From Mucilaginibacter sp. (lineage in GTDB: Bacteria; Bacteroidota; Bacteroidia; Sphingobacteriales; Sphingobacteriaceae): a stretch of DNA of 64,000 nt. The stretch is taken from contig NZ_JANYGH010000024.1 in NCBI RefSeq assembly GCF_025362475.1, forward strand, positions 2,164 to 66,163. The letters are read 5' to 3'. How positions within the stretch are numbered: position 1 is the stretch's first letter; the number at the start of each line of letters is the position of its first letter. A program made the position numbers and the translations under genes. This document shows, piece by piece, positions 49,492 through 59,330 of this stretch. Under the pieces are notes generated by a model. That model did not search any database and was not told the origin of the DNA. It saw only the letters and a list, made by a program, of their open reading frames with translations.

Positions 49492-49770
49492 TTACTTAAT
49501 GATATCCCTTAGCTGTAAAGCTTTGATGATAGCACGATATCTTTCAATGTCTTTTTTGAATAAGTATGCCAGCAATGCACGGCGTTTACCTACTAATTTT
49601 TGTAGTGACAACTGGGTTGAAAAATCATGTTTGTTCTTTTTCAGGTGACCAGTTAAATGTGCAATACGGGTGGTGAATAATGCTACTTGTCCTTCTGCAG
49701 ATCCTGTGTCTGTAGCACCTTTACCGTGTTTTGCAAAGATCTCAGCCTTTGCTTCTTTACCTAAATACAT
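49492..49770 (-). CDS. rpsO: 30S ribosomal protein S15
   Basis: DTGSAEGQVALFT, HLKKNKHDFS, LVGKRRALLAYL. Confidence 0.97.
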   Translation of the reverse strand: MYLGKEAKAEIFAKHGKGATDTGSAEGQVALFTTRIAHLTGHLKKNKHDFSTQLSLQKLVGKRRALLAYLFKKDIERYRAIIKALQLRDIIK

Positions 49771-49816
49771 TACTTGAATAATATTAAAGCGTTAAATATT
49801 CTGTTAATTGTGGGTG

Positions 49817-49824
49817 CAAAGATA
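49817..49824 (-). promoter_or_regulatory. -7 promoter element for rpsO
   Basis: TATCTTTG on minus strand. Confidence 0.7.
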
Positions 49825-49886
49825 GCGTGAATGTTTCATATATGCAAGGGAAATGACAAGATGCTTTTAGGATAAAACCATAATAT

Positions 49887-51632
49887 TTAGCCTGCCTTTT
49901 GATAAGGGATATTGAAGTAAAAACAGCTACCTTTTCCTGCGTCACTCTCCACGCCGATGTTTCCTTGTTGCAACACAAGAAGCTGGTGGCAAATATAAAG
50001 ACCAAGGCCGGTACCCGGTTTACCCATTGAACGATCGGCCTGGTAATATCTTGTAAATAACTTGGCTTGTTTTTCTTTAGGGATGCCTGTTCCGGTATCT
50101 ATTATACGCACTAACAGTTTTTGCTGCTGTTCGTCAATCGACCGCAAACTAACCTTAACGGTTACGCCTCCGCTTTCTGTGTATTTAATGGCGTTACCCA
50201 ATAAATTAATCATCACCTGTTTTAGCCGGAAAACATCTCCAAGAACCAATACTTCTTCATTCCCATCAAATTCTGCAGTTAAATAAATTTGTTTATTCTC
50301 TGCAAGAAAGCTCATGGCCGCTATCGCCTGGCTAATTTCCAGGCAGGGGTTAAACTCAGATAAGTTAAGTACTTCATCTTTCTGATGATCTATCTTACTG
50401 GCATCCAAAATATTATTAATGGTTTCCATCAGCATTTGCGCCGCGTGATTCATGGAAGCCAATCGTTTTTGCTGATCAGGTGCGCGAATGGTCTTGTTTA
50501 AAATATAAATTGTTCCTGTAATGGTTGTGAGCGGATTACGGATTTCATGACTCATAATGGCCAGCAACTCAGATTTTTGCTCGGCAAGAGCAACGGCTCT
50601 TTCATTTTCTGAAAGATAAAGATCTTCTGCCCTTCCTGCTTTGCGGATGTAAATAAGCAACAGGATGATAAAAACAAGGACCATAATAATGGCCACACCT
50701 GTAAAATTATTAAGCTCGCCCGTTGCCATCTGGTATTGCGCCAGTGCTTCATTCCGGCTTATATCCCAGGCGTTAATGTGCATATCCTTCAATTCCTGTA
50801 TGAGCTGATGAAGCTGGATAACCAGGTCAAGATTAGCACCAATCAGCTGTTTGTTTGATTGGGTAAGATGATTGTTTTCTTCATTGAGTTCCTTCACCAG
50901 TTGTTCAACCGATAAATTCTGCTTTTTAACCAATGATCGCGTCACAGAATCGCTGATCTGTTTTACCCGGTTAACTGTAATCACCCTAACGGTATTACCC
51001 GCCTGGTTTTTATTGCTAAAGGCATCCCTAAGCCGCTTAAAGAACCCTTTTTTACTGCCGGGCGCTTTTATATCTTTTACCAATGTATCAGCTTTGGCTT
51101 TTGTTATATTAGTATGGTGCCGGTGTTGATAAGCAGCCACAATAGTTTTATTGCTCTCCCCTTGTATGCCCCTAATGGTTGTTACCGTTAAAAGAGAATC
51201 AAACCGGTGTTTAAGTTCTAATACCTCTTTTGATATTTGTAATTTACGGTTAAATGCTTTTTCAAGCTGCCCCTTACCCTGTGGAAAATATTGAGGGATA
51301 TTAGATTTATACTTATCGAGTATGATATTGATCTGGCTAAAAACATTGGTGAGTTTTGTTTTATAGGTTTCCAGTTTATCGCTGCCACCATATAAACTTG
51401 CCTTCTGAAAATCATTTTCTGCGCTGTTTAAATCCAACAGAATATTATTGATTTCCTGTGCCTGCAGCGGGTCTTTGTAGTGCTGGCCTACGTATTGCAG
51501 TTTTTCTGAAATGGAGTTTCTCAAAAACAGCGAGCCAGAAGTGAGGAGGAAAATAAATACCAGGAATATAATAAATATCCTACGGAGATAATGTGTTGAT
51601 CCCGCTTTTGTAATTCCCGTATTTATCAGCAT
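49887..51632 (-). CDS. Orphan sensor histidine kinase
   Basis: 2 TMs, large periplasmic domain, MSHEIRNPL, NLLGNAIKYT, DTGTGI, GTGLGL; no receiver. Confidence 0.9.
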   Translation of the reverse strand: MLINTGITKAGSTHYLRRIFIIFLVFIFLLTSGSLFLRNSISEKLQYVGQHYKDPLQAQEINNILLDLNSAENDFQKASLYGGSDKLETYKTKLTNVFSQINIILDKYKSNIPQYFPQGKGQLEKAFNRKLQISKEVLELKHRFDSLLTVTTIRGIQGESNKTIVAAYQHRHHTNITKAKADTLVKDIKAPGSKKGFFKRLRDAFSNKNQAGNTVRVITVNRVKQISDSVTRSLVKKQNLSVEQLVKELNEENNHLTQSNKQLIGANLDLVIQLHQLIQELKDMHINAWDISRNEALAQYQMATGELNNFTGVAIIMVLVFIILLLIYIRKAGRAEDLYLSENERAVALAEQKSELLAIMSHEIRNPLTTITGTIYILNKTIRAPDQQKRLASMNHAAQMLMETINNILDASKIDHQKDEVLNLSEFNPCLEISQAIAAMSFLAENKQIYLTAEFDGNEEVLVLGDVFRLKQVMINLLGNAIKYTESGGVTVKVSLRSIDEQQQKLLVRIIDTGTGIPKEKQAKLFTRYYQADRSMGKPGTGLGLYICHQLLVLQQGNIGVESDAGKGSCFYFNIPYQKAG

Positions 51633-51948
51633 CGTTTAATCATTATAATAAGGAAAAATTAATTGGTTTAGGAGCTTATTAGTAACAGATTACCTACAGA
51701 TGCCTTGCCATTTTAAATAGCCAATAAAATTTTCCAAATATAGGAATTTCATCCTTATTCATTTTTTAAAATAAGTTCAAATAAAAGTAAAATCAATTAC
51801 AAACGATTGCGTTGTGTGATAAACAATTGAAAATAAATAACATATACCTACATCACAAAATAAGCGCTGCCGGTCATAAACACTTTTACACGCAGTTTAA
51901 AGAATGAACTGAAGTATTTTTATAGATAATGGTATAAGGGAAATACTT

Positions 51949-52422
51949 TTATAAATGTACAGGATAAGCGGTTTCCTGCTTTGTTTCCGACAATACAAAA
52001 AAGCTTTGCATATTCAATACATCAGGCAACCCTGTTAGCTTTGTCATGAGCAATACATTATATTCGTTCATATCACTTATGGCTATCCGGAGTAAAAAAT
52101 CAAAGTTCCCGGTCATATGGTAGCATTCCATAATTTCGGGCAACTTAACCACCTCCAGCTGAAAGGCCAGCAAAGCATCCCGGGAGTGCTCTTTTAACTG
52201 TACGTGGGTATAAGCGATAAGCCCGCGGCCAACCTTTTTAGGATCAACAATGGCCACATAGCGCTTGATGTATCCTTCATCCTCCAGGCGCTTTATCCGC
52301 AGATGGATGGGCGTAACACTTTTGTGCAGCAGGTAGCCTATTTCTTTATGCGTTATTTGCGCATCCTTCTGCAATAATTCTATAATAGCAACATCTGTAT
52401 CGTCAAGTTGATTGTTCTGCAT
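51949..52422 (-). CDS. Lrp/AsnC-family regulator
   Basis: LQKDAQITHKEIG, RIKRLEDEGYI, ECYHMTGNFDFLL. Confidence 0.93.
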   Translation of the reverse strand: MQNNQLDDTDVAIIELLQKDAQITHKEIGYLLHKSVTPIHLRIKRLEDEGYIKRYVAIVDPKKVGRGLIAYTHVQLKEHSRDALLAFQLEVVKLPEIMECYHMTGNFDFLLRIAISDMNEYNVLLMTKLTGLPDVLNMQSFFVLSETKQETAYPVHL

Positions 52423-52433
52423 GGAAATATAAG

Positions 52434-53480
52434 CTATACTTTAATTAAAAATGGTTCAGCTTCATTAAAAGAAAGTACACCCGCTTCCAGCATAAAGTGC
52501 TCGGCCTGTTTTACCATATTTACCGAACCAATAAAAATTGGTGAACGCTGGTGTAGTTCCATTACATCAAGCTCCAAAATCCTGTAGTTGCCATTAGTTG
52601 CCCTACCCCCAGCCTGTTCTATAATAAATGCCATTGGGTTACACTCATAAACCAGCCGTAGTTTGCCATTGGGAGCGGCGGCGGTAACCGGGTAAATAAA
52701 GATGCCTCCCTTAATGAGGTTACGGTGCAGATCGGCCACCATGGAACCGATGTACCTTGAGGTGTAGGGCCGTTTAGTACTTTTATCCTCCACCTGGCAG
52801 TACTTAATGTATTGCTTTACCCCTTTAGGAAAATGCACATAATTCCCTTCGTTAATGGAGTAAATGAAACCATCTTCGGGGATCTGCAAGTTGGGGTGCG
52901 ATAAGCAAAACTCACCAATGGATGGATCAAGGGTAAAGCCATTAACGCCTTTTCCCGTAGTGTAAACCAACATGGTTGATGAGCCGTAAATTACATAGCC
53001 TGCCGCCACCTGGGCCGTACCCGACTGCAGTACATCAGCCAGCGTGGCAGGCCCCTCCTGCGATAATCTGCGGTAAATTGAAAAAATAGTACCTATGGGC
53101 ACATTTACATCAATATTAGAAGAACCATCCAAAGGATCAATGGCCACAATATATTTGGCGTTATTTGCCACCGCCGCATCTATCCTGATGATATCTTCAT
53201 TTTCTTCTGATGCTACTATGCAACATTCGCCACCGCTCGCCAGTGCAGATATGAATTGCTCATTGGCAAAAACATCCAGTTTCTGCTGACTTTCTCCCTG
53301 GATATTTATGCTCCCGGCTTGCCCCAGGATATCCATCAGGCCCGCTTTGTTCACCTCTCTGTTGACAATCTTAGCCGCGATTCCAATGTCGCGCAGCAGC
53401 CTGGAAAGCTCTCCTTTGGCGTACGGAAAATCGGCCTGTTTTTCAATAATAAACTGGCCCAAAGTTTTAACTATCGGCAT
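52434..53480 (-). CDS. fbp: Class I fructose-1,6-bisphosphatase
   Basis: [39 protein letters not shown]. Confidence 0.95.
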   Translation of the reverse strand: MPIVKTLGQFIIEKQADFPYAKGELSRLLRDIGIAAKIVNREVNKAGLMDILGQAGSINIQGESQQKLDVFANEQFISALASGGECCIVASEENEDIIRIDAAVANNAKYIVAIDPLDGSSNIDVNVPIGTIFSIYRRLSQEGPATLADVLQSGTAQVAAGYVIYGSSTMLVYTTGKGVNGFTLDPSIGEFCLSHPNLQIPEDGFIYSINEGNYVHFPKGVKQYIKYCQVEDKSTKRPYTSRYIGSMVADLHRNLIKGGIFIYPVTAAAPNGKLRLVYECNPMAFIIEQAGGRATNGNYRILELDVMELHQRSPIFIGSVNMVKQAEHFMLEAGVLSFNEAEPFLIKV

Positions 53481-53861
53481 ATACTTAGTGTAAAGTTTAC
53501 GTTTTAAATAATAATAATTGGTGCTTCCAAGTTAAGTACTTAAATCCTTAAAAAACAACATTTAAGTATAATTTTTTTATAAATCGTCAAAATATGCGCA
53601 TTATGCAAAAGATACTAAGTGTAAAATAGGCCAATTTTCAAACCTGTTATTTTGACATTAAACAGCGGGCAATAGCCGTTTTTTTTAAAAGCGATACAAA
53701 TTGCCCCTTCTTTTAATCTTATCAATCACCAATTGCTGCATTTTTAGTTCTTTTTTCTAAATACTGCCAATCCTATAGTTTCAGAAACTAAATACACCAA
53801 CCTTTACAGTATTCAGGATGACCAACATCCTCAGCTAACCAATTATAACAATTATAAACCA

Positions 53862-54872
53862 ATGAAGCCTGTAAAAATCCTGGTGATTGGTGCCTGCGGA
53901 CAGATCGGCACCGAACTGACCCGTGCCTTAAGATTAAGATATGGCAGTAACAATGTCATTGCGGCCGACCGTTTTTTCCGTAGTACGGATGATGGTCTTT
54001 ACCGGCAACTGGATGTTTTAAATATTGACGCATTAACGCATCTCATCCGCGAGGAGCATATAACGCAGATATACCTATTGGCTGCCATGCTCTCGGCAAG
54101 CAGTGAGCAACATATCCATACCGCGTGGGAGCTTAACATGAATGGCCTGCTAAATGTGCTTAAAGTAGCGGCTTCCCAAAAGCTGGACAAAGTTTTCTGG
54201 CCAAGCAGCATTGCCGTATTTGGCCCCGGATCTCCTAAACACCTTTGCCCGCAGGAACCAACTACAGAACCAAACACGGTTTATGGGATCAGTAAACGGG
54301 CGGGCGAGTACTGGTGCCAGTATTATTTTGATAAATACGGACTTGATGTACGCAGTCTCCGCTATCCCGGTCTTATCTCTTACTCATCGCCTCCGGGCGG
54401 CGGCACCACCGATTACGCGGTTGATATATTTTACCAGGCCGTTGAAAAAGGCCATTATACCTGTTTCCTGCAGGAGGACGCCTGCCTGCCGATGATGTAC
54501 ATGCCCGATGCTGTGCGCGCCGCGATAGAGTTGATGGAAGCTCCCGCCGAACAGATTAAAATACGCACCTCCTATAATCTTTCCGCATTAAGCTTTTCAC
54601 CATGCGATTTAGCCGCAGCAATTCAAAAATACATACCGGCTTTAGAGGTTACGTACCAGCCCGATAGCCGGCAGGCTATTGCAAGTAGCTGGCCGGCCAG
54701 TGTTAATGACCAATGCGCCCGCACCGATTGGGCCTGGCAGTCACGGTTTGATCTTAATATGATGGTAAGAGATATGCTAAAAAACCTGAAACACAAAAAA
54801 AAGGCAACTGAAGCAGCGCAGATCTGGCTCAACGATGATAATTGTGTTTTTACAAGAATAGATGAAGCATGA
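53862..54872 (+). CDS. tdh: SDR-type L-threonine 3-dehydrogenase (NAD-dependent epimerase family)
   Basis: GACGQIGTEL, PSSIAVFG, YGISK, GGGTTDYAVDIF, PMMYMPDA. Confidence 0.8.
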   Translation: MKPVKILVIGACGQIGTELTRALRLRYGSNNVIAADRFFRSTDDGLYRQLDVLNIDALTHLIREEHITQIYLLAAMLSASSEQHIHTAWELNMNGLLNVLKVAASQKLDKVFWPSSIAVFGPGSPKHLCPQEPTTEPNTVYGISKRAGEYWCQYYFDKYGLDVRSLRYPGLISYSSPPGGGTTDYAVDIFYQAVEKGHYTCFLQEDACLPMMYMPDAVRAAIELMEAPAEQIKIRTSYNLSALSFSPCDLAAAIQKYIPALEVTYQPDSRQAIASSWPASVNDQCARTDWAWQSRFDLNMMVRDMLKNLKHKKKATEAAQIWLNDDNCVFTRIDEA

Positions 54873-55705
54873 GAGAACTGCAAATAACCCAAACCATTAC
54901 CAACCGGGAAACCCGCGCGGTAGAAACCTATCTTCAGGAACTTGGCAAAGTGAACCTCATCAGCTCTGAGGAAGAGGTAACGCTAGCCAAACAAGTGAGG
55001 CAGGGAGATAAGGCAGCACTTGACAGGTTGGTTAAAACCAACCTGCGTTTCGTAGTTTCTGTAGCCAAAAAGTACCAGCATCAGGGTATGCCCCTATGCG
55101 ACCTGATTAGCGAGGGCAACCTTGGCCTAACCAAAGCGGCCAAAAAGTTCGACGAAACCAGGGGCTTTAAATTCATCTCTTTCGCGGTATGGTGGATAAG
55201 GCAGAGTATCCTTGCGGCCCTTACAGAAAACTCACGCATGATAAGGTTACCGATGAACAAGATTCACGATATATCAAAAATCAACAAAGCGATGGCCGTG
55301 GTTGAACAGGAAACCTTACGCAAACCTTCTGCAGAACAGATTGCCGAATACCTGGATATATCACCCGAAAAAGTTAATGAAGCTTTGTCTGTAGCGCCGT
55401 GGATAACCTCACTGGATAAGCCATTTGGGGATGACGATGACTATTCGCCTTATGAGCGGCTTTACGAAAAAGACAACAGAACTGATGCGACCCTTATGGC
55501 AGAGGATGCGTCATTGGAGATAACCATGCTCCTATCCCGTTTAAGCGAACGGGAACGTTCCGTAATCGATATGTCTTTTGGGCTTTCGGGAGATGGAGAA
55601 GTGCCCGCAGCAGAAATAGCCCGGTGTTTGGGACTCAGCAGGGAACGGGTAAGGCAAATCCTGAATGAAGCCCTTTATAAACTACGCAACATAAAATCCA
55701 CATGA
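54869..55705 (+). CDS. RpoD/SigA-type sigma-70 factor, divergent paralogue
   Basis: ITNRET, YLQELGK, NLRFVVSVAK, DLISEGNLGL, FDETRGFKFISFAVWWIRQS, LSRERVRQI. Confidence 0.9.
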   Translation: MRELQITQTITNRETRAVETYLQELGKVNLISSEEEVTLAKQVRQGDKAALDRLVKTNLRFVVSVAKKYQHQGMPLCDLISEGNLGLTKAAKKFDETRGFKFISFAVWWIRQSILAALTENSRMIRLPMNKIHDISKINKAMAVVEQETLRKPSAEQIAEYLDISPEKVNEALSVAPWITSLDKPFGDDDDYSPYERLYEKDNRTDATLMAEDASLEITMLLSRLSERERSVIDMSFGLSGDGEVPAAEIARCLGLSRERVRQILNEALYKLRNIKST

Positions 55706-57276
55706 AAAAGGTAAATGATATTGTTCAGAACCTATCACTGAAAAACAGGATTAATTACCAGTTGCCAACTGCAAAATTGGTGGAACAATGCCTGCAAAGG
55801 CAGGAAGGCGTATTAAATGATACAGGGGCCCTGGTGATATGTACCGGTGAGTTTACCGGCCGCAGTCCGGCTGATAAGTTCATTGTGAAAGATACACTGA
55901 CGGATAAAACGGTTAACTGGAATAAATTCAACAATCCAATATCTGAGGCATCTTTTCTAATTCTCCGCCGGGATATGACTGCCTACCTCAACCAGCAAGC
56001 CGAGGTATGGGTAAGGGACGGCTACGCCTGCGCCAACCCTGCATTTCAAATCAGCATCCGGATAGTAAATGAATGCCCTTCATCAAACCACTTTGCAGCT
56101 AACATGTTTATTGCGCCGGTTGCTGATGAGCTGAAAACCCTGCAACCCGACTGGACCATCATCCAGGCTGCCGGCTTTAAAGCAAACCCTGCAAAGCATG
56201 GCACCAGGCAAGGCAATTTCACCATTGTTTCCTTTACCCATAAAACCATCCTTATAGGCGGTACCGGGTATACCGGCGAAATCAAAAAAGCTGTATTTAC
56301 CGTGCTTAATTTTATTTTACCTGTTAATCACCGGGTGTTAAGCATGCACTGCAGCGCCAATGAAGGGCCGGAAGGCGACACCGCCCTGTTTTTCGGCTTA
56401 AGCGGAACCGGTAAAACAACGCTAAGTTCAGACCCATCCCGCAGACTGATAGGTGATGACGAACATGGCTGGGATGATACGGGTATTTTTAATTTTGAAG
56501 GGGGCTGCTATGCAAAAGTCATTAACCTTTCCGAAGAGCATGAGCCGGATATTTACCGGGCTATCCGCAAAGGGGCATTGGTTGAGAATACCTGTTTTAC
56601 CAGCGATACTAACCGGATTGATTTTGCAAACAAAACGATCACTGAAAATACAAGGGTAAGTTATCCATTAAATTTTATACCAAATACCAAAGCTCCTGCC
56701 CTATCCGGCATCCCCCAAAACGTGTTCTTTCTTACCTGCGATGCCTATGGTGTATTCCCGCCGGTGAGCAGACTAACCCATGAGCAGGCCATGTATTATT
56801 TTATCAGTGGATACACAGCCAAAGTTGCCGGTACAGAAGAAGGAGTAAAAGAACCGCAGGTTACTTTTAGCACCTGTTTTGGCGCACCTTTTTTGCCACT
56901 GCACCCTAACCTTTATGCCTCACTGCTGCAGGAGAAACTCGAAAAACATCAAACCAAAGTATGGATGATAAACACCGGCTGGTCTGGCGGACCTTATGGA
57001 ACCGGTAGCAGGATAAGCCTGGCATACACCCGGGCAATGATCTCTGCCGTTCTCGCTGGGCAACTGGAGAAGGTAGCTTACCGCTCGCACCAGGTTTTTG
57101 GTGTTTTTATTCCTGAAAGCTGTCCCGGCGTTCCTTCTGCTATTTTGAACCCAAGAGATACCTGGGCAAACAAACAGGATTACGATTTTATTGCGGGCAG
57201 ATTGGCCGATAAGTTCAGGGAGAATTTTAAACCATACCAGGATCAGTTACCCTCATCATTGGCGCATGCTATGTAA
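55702..57276 (+). CDS. pckA: PEP carboxykinase (ATP)
   Basis: TGRSPADKF, YTGEIKK, SMHCSAN, GLSGTGKTTLS, GDDEHGW, NFEGGCYAK, NTGWSGG. Confidence 0.96.
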   Translation: MKKVNDIVQNLSLKNRINYQLPTAKLVEQCLQRQEGVLNDTGALVICTGEFTGRSPADKFIVKDTLTDKTVNWNKFNNPISEASFLILRRDMTAYLNQQAEVWVRDGYACANPAFQISIRIVNECPSSNHFAANMFIAPVADELKTLQPDWTIIQAAGFKANPAKHGTRQGNFTIVSFTHKTILIGGTGYTGEIKKAVFTVLNFILPVNHRVLSMHCSANEGPEGDTALFFGLSGTGKTTLSSDPSRRLIGDDEHGWDDTGIFNFEGGCYAKVINLSEEHEPDIYRAIRKGALVENTCFTSDTNRIDFANKTITENTRVSYPLNFIPNTKAPALSGIPQNVFFLTCDAYGVFPPVSRLTHEQAMYYFISGYTAKVAGTEEGVKEPQVTFSTCFGAPFLPLHPNLYASLLQEKLEKHQTKVWMINTGWSGGPYGTGSRISLAYTRAMISAVLAGQLEKVAYRSHQVFGVFIPESCPGVPSAILNPRDTWANKQDYDFIAGRLADKFRENFKPYQDQLPSSLAHAM

Positions 57277-57329
57277 AGCATATACAAATTAACTGCGGCC
57301 CGGCCGTTGTTTACTAATTGATAATGATT

Positions 57330-57695
57330 TTAAAATGTCCGTCTTGGACGTTTTTTCTTTACAGAACCGTCTGGCTTCTCCACTTTGTGATAACCGGGTG
57401 ATTCAAAAGAGGGTTTGCTTGCAACAGGCGATGGCTTTTGCGCAGACGCTCTTTTATCCTCGGCTATCCTCACACTGAGCTGCCTGGTTTCTATCTCCAT
57501 ACCGTCAAAAGCGGCGATAGCCCTGTCTGCACCCGCCTGATCGGTCATATGAACAAAGGCATAGCCCTTGCTTTCACCTGTATCTATATCCGTAACAATC
57601 TTCACCATTTCTACCTGGCCTTCAGCCATAAACAACTCCAGCAGTGCAATTTCCTGCATAGTTCGTGGTATACCCACAACAAATAATTTTACCAT
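57330..57695 (-). CDS. RRM-domain RNA-binding protein
   Basis: RNP2 KLFVVGI, RNP1 KGYAFVHM, basic tail KKKRPRR. Confidence 0.9.
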   Translation of the reverse strand: MVKLFVVGIPRTMQEIALLELFMAEGQVEMVKIVTDIDTGESKGYAFVHMTDQAGADRAIAAFDGMEIETRQLSVRIAEDKRASAQKPSPVASKPSFESPGYHKVEKPDGSVKKKRPRRTF

Positions 57696-57838
57696 ATTAT
57701 AATTTTAGGTATTTTACCATATAAATCTACTCAAATAACGGAGAATAGTTTCCGGCAGTCAGAAATTGTGCAACGTGCACACCCCTTTTGCCTTTTAGCA
57801 CATGTATACCAAAACATGTTTTTAAAAAAATTCACCGT

Positions 57839-58220
57839 TCAAATTGTTTGCCCGTTGATGGTTTTTACAAAATTTTTGCCGCCATCATCCAAAACCAACA
57901 TCCAGTCTTATCCGTACCCGTTTGTCGGCGGTATAACCTTTTTAGTTACGTTTGGCATGTTGCCAATAACTGTTGTTTAACCATCGCGCGGGTTATACCA
58001 GTAAGCGTATAAATTACCTAACCATATAATGTTAGTTCTGCTTTTATAACGCCTGGCTAACCATGCGGCAAATATAGCAGCATTATTATCATTAAAAACC
58101 TCCGGACCAGCGCCCCAGGTATTTTTATATAATTTATCGCCCCATGTTGGCAAAACAGCAATATTCAAGTGATACTTTTCTGCCCGGTTAATAAAAACAC
58201 ATTTCCGCATGAACGAAGAT
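57839..58220 (-). pseudogene. Relic of a DUF4038/GH140 (apiosidase-like) gene
   Basis: AVLPTWGD...RYKSRTNIIWL joined directly to C-terminal AYWYNPRDG, then frameshifted PPTNGYG*DWMLVLDD. Confidence 0.7.
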
Positions 58221-58611
58221 AGGTAAAACGCTAATTACTAAGCCTTTATTTATTCAACCAACAGCGTAGCTTAAACCCCCATAAAAATACTTATAGTCAA
58301 TAAAATAATAACCAATCACCTCATCAGTATACTCCCTAACAATTAATTGAAAGAAACCGTCGCCAACCTAAAAATACCTCTGCCATATAGGGGCAATTGA
58401 CTGTGGCCCTGGCCTGATGTTTGCCTAAAGCAGAAAAATTTAAGAATGCAATCTCATGCCTAAAAAAGAAACTTCCACTACTAATAAATAAATTTATTTA
58501 TTAAGAAATATGAAATGACTTAATAGTATACAAATTATAAATTTGGCAATTTTTCATCCATAACGATGGCCGTATTTTGATTTTTACAATTTGATTTTAT
58601 ATACTTACAAA

Positions 58612-58698
58612 ATCTATTAGGTAAGCATCCTGCTTACCATTGTGATAAGGTTTAGGTTTAAAGTCCCCGGCGGCGAGCGCTTAGGGGACTTTTATTTT
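58612..58698 (+). ncRNA. Candidate small RNA (hairpin - unpaired core - terminator)
   Basis: GGTAAGCA-TCC-TGCTTACC stem, core ATTGTGATAAGGTTTAGGTTT, AAAGTCCCC/GGGGACTTT stem plus TATTTT; TATACTTA -7-like box upstream; ends approximate. Confidence 0.55.
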
Positions 58699-58896
58699 GA
58701 TTTCGAATATTCTGCAATATGGTGTTGCCACAAAACCTTGTATTATTACACTTACTTTCAACAGAAATAATAAATACTGATCACATAAATTACCCGGTTG
58801 TTTTCGTAATTATTTTTTTTAAAAAAATTCGCTTTCCTGCCAGCAATAAAAAGTAATTTCGCCATCTGTTCATTCAGGATACTACTTAATTAATTT

Positions 58897-59169
58897 ATGT
58901 CTGCAGATAATTCCATTTCACCCGTTCAAGCTGACCTTGTCCAAATTATTTCTAAATATATTTTACTTGAAGAAAGCCGCAAACACTTAAAAGGGCGGTG
59001 CCCCTTTCATAAGGACCTGGCAACCTCATTAATGGTTTCTCCTGATAAAAATATTTTTCAATGCTTTGGCTGCGGCAAAGGTGGTGGCCCCGTTGAGTTT
59101 GTAATGGCAATAGAAAATAAAACACGCGAAGAAGCGATACATCTTATCGCCACACAAAAACCTTTTTAA
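58897..59169 (+). CDS. Stand-alone CHC2 zinc-finger (DnaG ZBD-like) protein
   Basis: CPFH...CFGC, GGGPVEFVMAIEN; stop after 90 aa, no TOPRIM continuation. Confidence 0.8.
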   Translation: MSADNSISPVQADLVQIISKYILLEESRKHLKGRCPFHKDLATSLMVSPDKNIFQCFGCGKGGGPVEFVMAIENKTREEAIHLIATQKPF

Positions 59170-59257
59170 AGGCGGCGGGTAGCTAAATATCATCCATATT
59201 TCCAGCCCACGTTCTCCGGCCATCCGAGAACTCCCCCTTTTTAATGAAATAAAAAAA

Positions 59258-59289
59258 GAGGCTGTATCAATTTTACATGATACAGCCTC
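59258..59289 (-). terminator. Terminator of the fadL-SGNH operon
   Basis: GAGGCTGTATCA/TGATACAGCCTC stem with A-run upstream on + strand. Confidence 0.75.
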
Positions 59290-59330
59290 GTTAATTAAAG
59301 GCTTTAAAAAGCAGCTATCGGGCCCTGCTA

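Noticed and set aside
58897-59260. Frameshifted full-length dnaG or prophage primase
   Set aside because: No TOPRIM-like reading frame downstream and no phage genes nearby
49850-59260. Integrative element or prophage
   Set aside because: No integrase, transposase, tRNA target or att-like direct repeats were seen; accessory status is inferred only from content and composition
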